From Paenibacillus eucommiae (lineage in GTDB: Bacteria; Bacillota; Bacilli; Paenibacillales; NBRC-103111), in the NCBI RefSeq assembly GCF_017874215.1, contig NZ_JAGGLB010000052.1, positions 1-53,820 on the forward strand: 53,820 nucleotides of DNA, read 5' to 3'. A program made the translations under genes and the position numbers. The notes under the pieces were generated by a model that was given only the letters and a program-made list of their open reading frames with translations, did not search any database and was not told the DNA's origin. Position 1 is the stretch's first letter. The number at the start of each line of letters is the position of its first letter. Shown piece by piece: positions 29,122 to 37,044 of this stretch.

Positions 29122-30435
29122 TTGGCTAAGGAAAGCTTTGATAAAGAAATTCAGTTTTTGCGCATACTTGTGCTGACCAGTGGAGCGTACAACCGCCAAC
29201 AGTTTGCCGAAAGACTCGGCATCTCTATACATACTTTTGATAAGACCCTCAAACGCTTAAAAGAAATTGTTAGCACCATACACCAGCAATTGCCCGATGA
29301 ACAGGGAAAAGAATTTGCCGAGAGCATCCGCTACAGTTATTTCGATTCAACTGATCCACTGCTGCTGTTCCTATTTCGCGCTAAGTCCCTTAAGGAAACC
29401 GAGAGTCAAAGAATATCTCTGCTCTTGGCAGCTATAAATGAGAAGTCCTTGACGGCTATGGAGCTGCTGGATGCCTGCTATGACAGGTTTCCTGCTAACC
29501 TTCCACTTCCAGATGAAAAAACGATTCGAACAGACCTAAAATACCTTGAAGAGGTTGGAGTTATTAGCAGGATTCCGGGTCCACGCCCCTACAGCTACCG
29601 CATACATAATGGATTGGTAGAAGAGCTGTCGCAGGATGAATTACTTGATTTGTACGACTTTGTAGACATCATGGCTAACACACAGGTACCTTCCCTACAG
29701 GGTTATTTACTCCGTGACGGATTGAAGAAAAGAGTAGCCCGGGGCGATCCAGATAAAACCGCAATAGAGCCCTTCCTATATAAATATCATTATTATTCGC
29801 GAATTTTGGATGAGGCCCATCTGTTCACCCTTCTTGCCTCCATTCGTAAGCGGTGCAAAGTTAAATTTCTGTATTTCTCTCCAAAAAATTCGAAAAGCTA
29901 CGCCTCAAAAAATACGAATCCTCTATTCGAGCGTGAAACGGAAGGAAAGCAGGAAATAACGCTTCCGCTCAAAATTGTCTATGACCATCAATATGGCCGT
30001 TGGTACTTGCTTTCCTACAGTTCCCGGTATGGCATCAAGAAATATCGCCTGGAAGGAATGACTCAAATCGGGGAAGACGATGCTGTGCCTGAGGAATGGT
30101 TTGCGGAGAAAAATAAAGAGCTTGAGGAAAAAACAAAGTACAGCTGGTTAATTGACACAGGACGTCCCCTTACGCTGCGAGCCCGTTTCTTCAATCCCGG
30201 AAACGCCCAGCCCAATTTTATTAAAGAGCGGGTACTGCTGCAGGGCCAGTGGGGACAAATTGTTGAAGAAGATGATGTCTCCTTTGTTTATGAAATCATC
30301 GTTAATGGAACGACGGAAATCAAGCCTTGGCTGCGCAGCTTTGGTTCCAGCTGTGAGGTACTGGAGCCGATTCGTCTCAGGAGGGAAATGATCGCCGAAT
30401 GGAAGGAGATCAGGCACTGCTATGAATCCATTTGA
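29122..30435 (+). CDS. HTH plus WYL-domain transcriptional regulator (PafB/PafC-like architecture)
   Basis: 437 aa. N-terminal HTH reads QQFAERLGISIHTFDKTLKRLKE. WYL signature reads ...LKIVYDHQYGRWYLLSYSSRYGIKKYRLEGMTQI.... A C-terminal extension (WCX-like?) follows. Putative TTG start with RBS AAAGGAG. Confidence 0.75.
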   Translation: MAKESFDKEIQFLRILVLTSGAYNRQQFAERLGISIHTFDKTLKRLKEIVSTIHQQLPDEQGKEFAESIRYSYFDSTDPLLLFLFRAKSLKETESQRISLLLAAINEKSLTAMELLDACYDRFPANLPLPDEKTIRTDLKYLEEVGVISRIPGPRPYSYRIHNGLVEELSQDELLDLYDFVDIMANTQVPSLQGYLLRDGLKKRVARGDPDKTAIEPFLYKYHYYSRILDEAHLFTLLASIRKRCKVKFLYFSPKNSKSYASKNTNPLFERETEGKQEITLPLKIVYDHQYGRWYLLSYSSRYGIKKYRLEGMTQIGEDDAVPEEWFAEKNKELEEKTKYSWLIDTGRPLTLRARFFNPGNAQPNFIKERVLLQGQWGQIVEEDDVSFVYEIIVNGTTEIKPWLRSFGSSCEVLEPIRLRREMIAEWKEIRHCYESI

Positions 30436-31246
30436 AAAGATTTTCAACTATCAGCTCCTCTCCCGGCTCGACGAATCCGGCACCTTCATGATCACCTCAC
30501 ATGAACGCAGCTGGTTGAAAATGATGCTGCAGCATCCCGCGGCCGCGGAAGCTTTTACAGCTGTTACTCTGGATAAGCTGCAGCTAATTCTGGAGCTTGA
30601 GCAGCCCCTTGAACTGACAACTGTTTTTGTTGAGAAAGCACGCAGCCTGGAGCGACAAGTTTACCATCCGCACCTGCGTCTCCTGCGCCGCTGCCTGGTC
30701 AATAAAAGCCGTATTCGTCTGAGCTTCAGCATCAAAGGAGATCAATCCCGCAACGAACAATTAGGCTTTCCCTACAAGCTGGAATATTCAATGGTCAAAA
30801 GAGAGTGGTATCTGCTTTGGTATCATTTGAGAAATCATATGCTGATGAGTACTAGGCTGCAGAAAATTTCCACTATCACAGAAGAATCCCTTCCTGAGGA
30901 AATGTCAGCCAAGGCGTTGGCTGATATTCAGAAGATATTGGAAAAAAGGAAAGCAGAGGCCTTCATCCAAATAAACAAAGAATATAATCGTGAATTGTCG
31001 CGGATCTTATATGCCTTTTCCTGTTTTGAGAAAGAAGTCAGCTATGATGCCTCCGATGACAGGTATACAATTCATTTAAGCTTTGCAGGAAATGAAAGTG
31101 AATATGTCTTGTCCAAAATCCGTTTCCTTGGCAAGCGAGTTCGAATTATCGGGAACGAAAAGCTGCAGCAGCGCATGCTGGAAACCGCATCAAAAGCTTT
31201 GGAGCGTTATGGCATAAGCGATTCGAGCAATGAGACGGATACATAA
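30422..31246 (+). CDS. WYL-domain protein without a recognisable N-terminal HTH. Translationally coupled to the upstream WYL regulator.
   Basis: 274 aa. WYL signature reads ...SRIRLSFSIKGDQSRNEQLGFPYKLEYSMVKREWYLLWYHLRNHMLMSTRLQKISTI.... The start overlaps the upstream stop by 14 nt. Confidence 0.7.
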   Translation: MNPFEKIFNYQLLSRLDESGTFMITSHERSWLKMMLQHPAAAEAFTAVTLDKLQLILELEQPLELTTVFVEKARSLERQVYHPHLRLLRRCLVNKSRIRLSFSIKGDQSRNEQLGFPYKLEYSMVKREWYLLWYHLRNHMLMSTRLQKISTITEESLPEEMSAKALADIQKILEKRKAEAFIQINKEYNRELSRILYAFSCFEKEVSYDASDDRYTIHLSFAGNESEYVLSKIRFLGKRVRIIGNEKLQQRMLETASKALERYGISDSSNETDT

Positions 31247-31263
31247 GCGGGAAGAAGGGCGAC

Positions 31264-31345
31264 TTAGAGGACCCCAGAGGACCCCAGAGGACCCCCTCAG
31301 ACCTCAGAGGACCACTTAGAGCTCAGAAGACCACGCAGACCTCTG
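31264..31345. repeat. Degenerate 10-bp tandem repeat array, (CAGAGGACCC)n, about 8 units
   Basis: Reads agaggacccc agaggacccc agaggaccccct cagacct cagaggacca cttagagct cagaagacca cgcagacct. Intergenic, between the second WYL gene and the mqnB-like gene. Confidence 0.85.
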
Positions 31346-31447
31346 AGTCTGAGGTTGTCCAGAACCAGCAAGAGGATTATAATGAAGAACAATAGCTTCA
31401 CATGTCTTTAGAGGCAGATGCCTGTTATAAAAGGGAGTATTAATAGC

Positions 31448-32116
31448 ATGAATATACTAAAAACAAGTACACGTGTGCTAGTAGTGACAGCTGTCGATGT
31501 CGAGAAAGACGCCGTGCTGCGGGGACTTCGCGGCAGCAGCAGGTTTGATGTAATAGCCGCAGGTGTCGGACCCGTTGCAGCAGCTATTACTACTACAACG
31601 GTATTGGCTGCTGCCCATTTTGATTATGACTTTGTCGTGAGTGCCGGGATCGGCGGCGGCTTCCCCGGTCAAGCGGAGATCGGCTCACTGGTAGTCGCTA
31701 GTGAAATTATCGCAGCGGATCTGGGAGCCGAGACTCCTGAGGGCTTCAGCAGCTTGGACGAGCTTGGCTTTGGCTCATCAACCCATATTCAAGTTGATGA
31801 ACACTACGCTGTCCGTTTAACTGAAGCATTGCACACTGCCAAATTGCCGGTCCTTATGGGACCAGTGTTGACCTTATCAACCGTAACCGGCACGGCTGCG
31901 ACCGCTGCGAAATTGGCTCTTCAGGTCCCACAAGCTGCTGCAGAAGCTATGGAAGGTTATGGAGTAGCAGCAGCAGCTTATCAGCGTGGTATCCCTGTAT
32001 TAGAAATCCGCGCCATCTCCAATCTCGTAGGTCCGCGTGACCGTTCAGCTTGGAGAATCGGCGATGCTCTTACAGCATTAGAAGCAGCAAGCTCAGTCCT
32101 AATGGAGGTTTTATGA
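31448..32116 (+). CDS. mqnB: Futalosine hydrolase-like nucleosidase (MqnB-like; PNP_UDP_1 / MTA-nucleosidase fold)
   Basis: Ala-rich nucleosidase motifs AAGVGPVAAA, SAGIGGG and AMEGYGVAAAA are present. ATG at 31448 (RBS AAAGGGAG) is preferred over the track start at 31418. Adjacent to an MqnA/MqnD-family gene. Confidence 0.55.
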   Translation: MNILKTSTRVLVVTAVDVEKDAVLRGLRGSSRFDVIAAGVGPVAAAITTTTVLAAAHFDYDFVVSAGIGGGFPGQAEIGSLVVASEIIAADLGAETPEGFSSLDELGFGSSTHIQVDEHYAVRLTEALHTAKLPVLMGPVLTLSTVTGTAATAAKLALQVPQAAAEAMEGYGVAAAAYQRGIPVLEIRAISNLVGPRDRSAWRIGDALTALEAASSVLMEVL

Positions 32117-32958
32117 TGAAGATTGCTTTTTCACCTTGTCCTAATGATACTTTTGTTTTTCATGCGTGGGTGCATGGACTACTGCCCGGTGCCCCAAAGC
32201 TGGATGTCACCTATGCAGACATCGACATTACCAACAACCTAGCAGCTAATCCTGGCGGACCGGACGTGCTCAAAATTTCATATGCAGCTCTGCCCTGGGT
32301 ACTATCCGAATATGCTTTACTGCCTTGCGGTGGAGCACTCGGCAGAGGCTGCGGACCGTTAGTACTGACTAGAAACAACGTGTCAGCCACGAAAGACCCA
32401 GCTATATTGACTGGCCGCAGGGTAGCAGTTCCCAGTGAGCGCTCGACCGCATATATGCTGTTCAGACTTTGGGCAGCCGAGCAAGTCCCCGGAGGCGTGG
32501 GCGAAATTGTTGTGATGCCATTTCAAGAAATCATGCCAGCAGTACGTGATGGTGCAATCGACGCTGGCTTAGTCATCCACGAAGCACGTTTCACATACCC
32601 CTCTTACGGTCTTTCGCTTTTAACCGACTTGGGCAGCTGGTGGGAAGGCGATGCCAATCAGCCCATACCACTCGGAGCCATCATTGCTCATCGTTCTCTT
32701 GATCTTAAGTCCATCGCTGCATGGACGAGAGCTTCCGTCGAGTATGCCTGGGCTCATCCGGAAATGTCACGGGACTATATCATGCAGCACGCTCAAGAAA
32801 TGGACCCTATCGTTGCACAAGCACACATCGATTTGTACGTAAACGAATTCACAGCGGATCTAGGCGAACTGGGTTACACAGCAGTAACGACACTTCTGAG
32901 TCGTGCCTCACAAGTTGGACTTATCCCTGAGTTCGATCTTTCTTTGCTCCGATATTAA
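32113..32958 (+). CDS. MqnA/MqnD family protein (menaquinone biosynthesis via futalosine: 1,4-dihydroxy-6-naphthoate synthase or chorismate dehydratase-like)
   Basis: N-terminal MMKIAFSPCPNDTFVFHAW is a hallmark of the MqnA/MqnD periplasmic-binding-protein-like fold. The ATGA start overlaps the mqnB stop, with RBS GGAGG upstream. Confidence 0.6.
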   Translation: MMKIAFSPCPNDTFVFHAWVHGLLPGAPKLDVTYADIDITNNLAANPGGPDVLKISYAALPWVLSEYALLPCGGALGRGCGPLVLTRNNVSATKDPAILTGRRVAVPSERSTAYMLFRLWAAEQVPGGVGEIVVMPFQEIMPAVRDGAIDAGLVIHEARFTYPSYGLSLLTDLGSWWEGDANQPIPLGAIIAHRSLDLKSIAAWTRASVEYAWAHPEMSRDYIMQHAQEMDPIVAQAHIDLYVNEFTADLGELGYTAVTTLLSRASQVGLIPEFDLSLLRY

Positions 32959-33029
32959 TTTACTTTCGTAAGAAACCCGCCTTTTTTGGCGTCCTTTGAG
33001 GAGCGTATTCGTGACATTGGTGCATGGAG

Positions 33030-33248
33030 GTAGGAAATGGCTGTGGGCTCCAGCCGCTGTTAAAAATTTGTTCCCTAGAATGAAATGGATGCAGAGGCGA
33101 GAATAAATCTTTAAAGGCGGGCGCAGGCGCTGGGGATGAAGAGGCGCACGGCTGAGAAGGATCTGCTACTTTAACGATGTTTTTCATCGTTAAAAGCACT
33201 GGGTCCGCTCCACATCCTTACTTTAACGATGAAAAACATCGTTAAGTG
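33030..33248. repeat. Palindromic repeat locus 4, the fullest modular copy: A (aatggctgtgggctccagccgctg), B (ttaaaaatttgttccctagaatgaaatgg), C (aataaatctttaaaggcgggcgc), D (ggcgctggggatgaagag), then two palindromes (T-run then A-run) separated by a conserved 28-nt spacer.
   Basis: Read directly. Palindromes at 33168-33195 and 33220-33245. Modules match loci 1, 3, 5 and 6. Confidence 0.85.
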
Positions 33249-33475
33249 AATCGCACACTCAAAAGGACTGCCAATAGAGGCTGCTTCCTGAGAGAAGGGG
33301 ATAGGTGGTGATGGGGAAACCTGTGCTTCCTTTCTGATTCCCTTGGTAAATGAAGAGTTACATGAGTTGCACCAAACATTTTATCACTATAAAGCTGCAC
33401 CACGCGAGTCACGTGACTCACGTGACTAATTCCTTTCACTCCAGGCATCCCCAAAACTTATACTTTCTAAAAAGT

Positions 33476-33524
33476 TTACAAAAAAGGACTCCGCCGCGTC
33501 ATCAAACGCAGTAGAGTCCTTTTC
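33476..33524 (-). terminator. Rho-independent terminator of the MFS transporter gene
   Basis: Minus strand: aaggactctactgcgtttgatgacgcggcggagtcctt followed by tttttt. Confidence 0.7.
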
Positions 33525-33554
33525 AATTTCACATATCTTTGCAGCACCTGCCTC

Positions 33555-35033
33555 TTATTCTTCAGGAGCCTTCGTGCGCTTCATAAACAAAGCAAGAACA
33601 AGTCCAGCAACTGCAAAAACTAACCCGACTGTGAAGGATTTTTGCACACCGGCTAGCAAAGCTTCTGCTTGCTGTTGCGGGGCTGTCGGATCGGACGAAT
33701 TTTCCAGGAAAACCCGCTGTCCCGACGACATAATACTGATAAAGAAGGCAACGCCTATCGCTCCAGAAACCTGCTGCAGCGTATTAAGAATCGCTGTACC
33801 ATGTGGATAATACTTACGCGGCAGTTGGTTCAAACCATTTGTCTGCGCAGGCATCATGATCATGGAGATAGCAATCATCATACTGATATGCAATGCTATA
33901 AACATCCCCGTTGTTGTGGCTAGGGATACTTGTGTAAATAAATACATAATGACGATTAACAACGCAGCGCCCGGTATAACAAGCGCTCTAGGACCGAATT
34001 TATCGAACAGTTTACCTGTTAACGGAGATAGAAGGCCATTGAGCACACCACCGGGCAGCATAATAAGGCCCGTTGTAAAAGCTGTTAGCAAGAGCGCTCC
34101 CTGCAGCAGGAAAGGCAGCAGCAGCAGCGTTGAGAACAATGTCATCATTACAATAATAAGCAATAGTGTGGTCAAGGAAAACATCGGTGACTTAAATGCC
34201 CGCAAGTCAAGCATCGGCGACTTCGAGCCGATCTGACGCAGTACAAACCATATCAGGGAAATAGCTCCTACGATAAGCGAGACATATACCTGTGGACTGG
34301 ACCATCCTCCATGCCCTTCTCCCGCACTGCTAAAGCCGAACACGATTCCCCCAAAGCCAAGCGTAGACAATACAATGGAAAACACATCTACCTTTGGTTT
34401 GGTGATATCTGAAACATTCTTTAAATAAATAAAAGCGAAAAAGAAAGCAAAGATGGCAAAAGGCAGAACCATATAAAACAACCAGCGCCAATCCAACGAG
34501 TCAAGGATCAAGCCAGAGAGAGTAGGTCCGATAGCCGGGGCAAACATAATGACAAGCCCGATCGTTCCCATCGCAGCACCGCGCTTATCCGGCGGATAAA
34601 GCACCAGAATGGTGTTCATCAAAACCGGAAGCATAAGCCCTGTACCTGCAGCTTGAAGCAAGCGACCAATCAATAACACTGAAAAACCAGGAGCGACTGC
34701 ACAAACCAATGTACCTAGGGAAAATAAAAACATGGCCCCAAGAAACATTTGCCTTGTTGTAAACCATTGAACCAGTAATGCTGAAGCAGGTACAAGTACA
34801 CCTACGAGCAGCATATATCCGGTTGACAACCACTGGATGGTTGATGGGGTCACACCCAATTCAACTACTAAATCCGGAAAAGCGATATTTAGCAGCGTTT
34901 CATTCAAAATCGAAAAAAAGGCACCTATGATCAAGGAAATCATGATTGGCAGCTTTTTTATGTTGCCCAAATCTTTACCTTGTGGGCCAGGAGCTACACC
35001 TGCAGTATTCAACTTCTCTTCCTCCCTATCCAT
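33555..35033 (-). CDS. MFS transporter, DHA2 (EmrB/QacA) 14-TMS drug:H+ antiporter family
   Basis: 492 aa, about 14 predicted TM segments. The N-terminal region LNIAFPDLVVELGVTPSTIQWLSTGYMLLVGVLVPASALL is typical of the family. Start not well supported by an RBS. Confidence 0.8.
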   Translation of the reverse strand: MDREEEKLNTAGVAPGPQGKDLGNIKKLPIMISLIIGAFFSILNETLLNIAFPDLVVELGVTPSTIQWLSTGYMLLVGVLVPASALLVQWFTTRQMFLGAMFLFSLGTLVCAVAPGFSVLLIGRLLQAAGTGLMLPVLMNTILVLYPPDKRGAAMGTIGLVIMFAPAIGPTLSGLILDSLDWRWLFYMVLPFAIFAFFFAFIYLKNVSDITKPKVDVFSIVLSTLGFGGIVFGFSSAGEGHGGWSSPQVYVSLIVGAISLIWFVLRQIGSKSPMLDLRAFKSPMFSLTTLLLIIVMMTLFSTLLLLPFLLQGALLLTAFTTGLIMLPGGVLNGLLSPLTGKLFDKFGPRALVIPGAALLIVIMYLFTQVSLATTTGMFIALHISMMIAISMIMMPAQTNGLNQLPRKYYPHGTAILNTLQQVSGAIGVAFFISIMSSGQRVFLENSSDPTAPQQQAEALLAGVQKSFTVGLVFAVAGLVLALFMKRTKAPEE

Positions 35034-35150
35034 CCAAACTATTTATCTTTTGAATTTCATTATAAATTAATAATGGTTATGAAACAATAGCAATTATTCA
35101 CACTAATATGATAAAATAATTATAATTAACATTAGGGTGGTGTGTGATCC

Positions 35151-35612
35151 GTGAGAAACGAGCTCATCGAACAATTTTCCGATAATTTCATGCTGTTGAT
35201 GCCGCTATTGCAGCGAAAAATATTCGATGCGGTAGCGGTGGAAGAATGCCCCCCTGTGCGTTTATCTCCAATGGCTGCTCGTTTACTAATTCTTCTGCAT
35301 GAGGTGCGCAGGTGTATTGTATCTGATTTGTCTGAACAATTAAATATCACCCGTTCGAACATAAGCCCATTGTTGGACAAGCTGGTGAAAAAGGGGCTTG
35401 TAAGCCGTCACTCCTGCGAGAATGACCGGAGACTTGTATTTGTTGAAATTACCGAACAGGGTGACTGGCTCTGTAATGAGTACCAACGGATTATTTCCAA
35501 TAAAATTAAAGAGATGGTCAGCTTCCTGGATGTAACAGATTTATCTGAATTAAATGTCCATATGGATAAACTAAAATCAATTTTAATCAAAACGAGTAAT
35601 CGGCAGCCTTAA
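35151..35612 (+). CDS. MarR family transcriptional regulator, divergent from the MFS pump
   Basis: 153 aa. wHTH region reads LLILLHEVRRCIVSDLSEQLNITRSNISPLLDKLVKKGLVSRHSCENDRR. GTG start. Confidence 0.8.
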   Translation: MRNELIEQFSDNFMLLMPLLQRKIFDAVAVEECPPVRLSPMAARLLILLHEVRRCIVSDLSEQLNITRSNISPLLDKLVKKGLVSRHSCENDRRLVFVEITEQGDWLCNEYQRIISNKIKEMVSFLDVTDLSELNVHMDKLKSILIKTSNRQP

Positions 35613-35744
35613 AAACACTCTTTCATAATAGCACAAGCGTTCGTATTCATACAAGTAAAAATTTACAAATCATTACTTTGCTCCTTGCTAAGGCTGCTAT
35701 TTTCCAGCTTATCTAACAACAGCCATCTGTATGCTGAACAAAAC

Positions 35745-35780
35745 AAAGACCGTCAGGATTATCCTTCCGGTCTTTTTGTT
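35745..35780 (+). terminator. Rho-independent terminator after the marR-like gene
   Basis: aagaccgtcaggattatccttccggtctt followed by tttgtt. Confidence 0.65.
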
Positions 35781-35854
35781 ATTGTGTCCGTATTATAAAG
35801 ATATAATCCCCATGCAGCCCGCCCGCCTCCTCCCAATTGAAGTATTGAGCGTGT

Positions 35855-36195
35855 GCTTCACTTAAACGATGTTTTTCATCGTTAAAGTCAGTATGTGGAG
35901 ACGCCCCGGTGCTTTTAGCGATGAAAAACATCGCTAAAGTAGCAGATCCTCCCGGTGCGCGCGCTGGCAGTGGCCATCTTCATCCCCAGCGCCTGTGTCC
36001 GCGGAGAAATCTCCTCCAACCAAAAGAAAAAAACTGGTTGGCTGTCCGTTTGAGCTTAGTGTTCGAACGATTATAGCTAAGTGAGGTAAGGGGTGTGGGT
36101 GGAAGAGCGTGAGCGCCCGCCTTTAATGATTTGTTCCAATCTCCACAGCCATTCCATTCAAGGGAACAAATCTTTAACAGTGGCTGGATCCCACA
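35855..36195. repeat. Palindromic repeat locus 5. This is an inverted copy of the locus-4 arrangement: two palindromes, D-inverse, and further downstream C-inverse, B-inverse and A-inverse.
   Basis: Palindromes at 35860-35887 and 35911-35939. 35970-35998 is the reverse complement of module D. 36112-36190 is the reverse complement of modules C, B and A. Confidence 0.85.
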
Positions 36196-36271
36196 CCCCT
36201 TATCTCCCAATTACAGGCGCCAGGAACAAGCTCCTCAATGGACACCAAAAGGCGTTTTCCATTGCCCGAGC

Positions 36272-36955
36272 TTACTTTTTCAAAATAAGTCTGAGTTGAA
36301 TCGTTAAATCATTTTGCGTATCTAAGACGACAGTGTGTGGATTTTTCATGCCGAAATCTTCGAATGTTACGACGGTGCTGCCTTCTAAATTGAAGCTGCC
36401 ATCGCTATAAAGTGCATCTGTCGTAAAGGTTACCTCCTTAGAAATTCCTTTTACGGTAAGGGTGCCAGCCATATTGAAGGACGCTTTCGTTCCTTCCTGC
36501 CATTCCTTGGGGAAATTTTCAAACGATTTGACAGTAAAAGTGGCTTCCGGGAACGTTGCTACGTTCAGGTACTCCTCCCCTTTGACATGACCATCTCTTT
36601 GTGAGTTGCCGGACTGCAGCGACGCGGTATCGACCTTGCCTTCTGCACTCATTTTACCAGCATCAGCAGCTTGAATCATCCATTGCCCTGTCACGGTTCC
36701 TCCTTCAAAATTCACTGTTTCCTTAGAAGTTGTTACAGAAAAGTATACCTTTGAATCCGGCTGAATGCTCCATTGACCATCGATCTCGCTTGCATCTACC
36801 ACCGCTGTTTCCGTTGAAGCCTGCTCTGGCGAATTAGCAGCTATAACTTCCTTTACTTCAATATGGTTTCCAGCAAAATAATCGTAAGCCGCGTAACCCC
36901 CGCCTGCTAATACAACGACAATCCCTAAGGTTATAACCGTTTTTTTGATGTTCAT
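36272..36955 (-). CDS. YceI-like family protein (secreted or lipid-binding beta-barrel), signal-anchored
   Basis: 227 aa. N-terminal TM MNIKKTVITLGIVVVLAGGGYAAY. YceI-like motifs WSIQPDSKVYFSV, FPEATFTVKS and GTLTVKGISKEVTF. RBS AGGAGG. Confidence 0.7.
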   Translation of the reverse strand: MNIKKTVITLGIVVVLAGGGYAAYDYFAGNHIEVKEVIAANSPEQASTETAVVDASEIDGQWSIQPDSKVYFSVTTSKETVNFEGGTVTGQWMIQAADAGKMSAEGKVDTASLQSGNSQRDGHVKGEEYLNVATFPEATFTVKSFENFPKEWQEGTKASFNMAGTLTVKGISKEVTFTTDALYSDGSFNLEGSTVVTFEDFGMKNPHTVVLDTQNDLTIQLRLILKK

Positions 36956-37044
36956 TTCATATTCCTCCTAGTAAGTTTTCATAAATTTTCAAAAGTTTTC
37001 ACCTATTCAACACTACGACATGTAGTGTAAGTAAACAAAAAAAA

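Noticed and set aside
33404-33428. Tandem overlapping palindromes GTCACGTGACtCACGTGAC, a possible operator
   Set aside because: It lies downstream of the mqnA/D-like gene and about 130 bp downstream of the MFS gene 3' end, with no promoter context and no adjacent gene start. Noted but not assignable.
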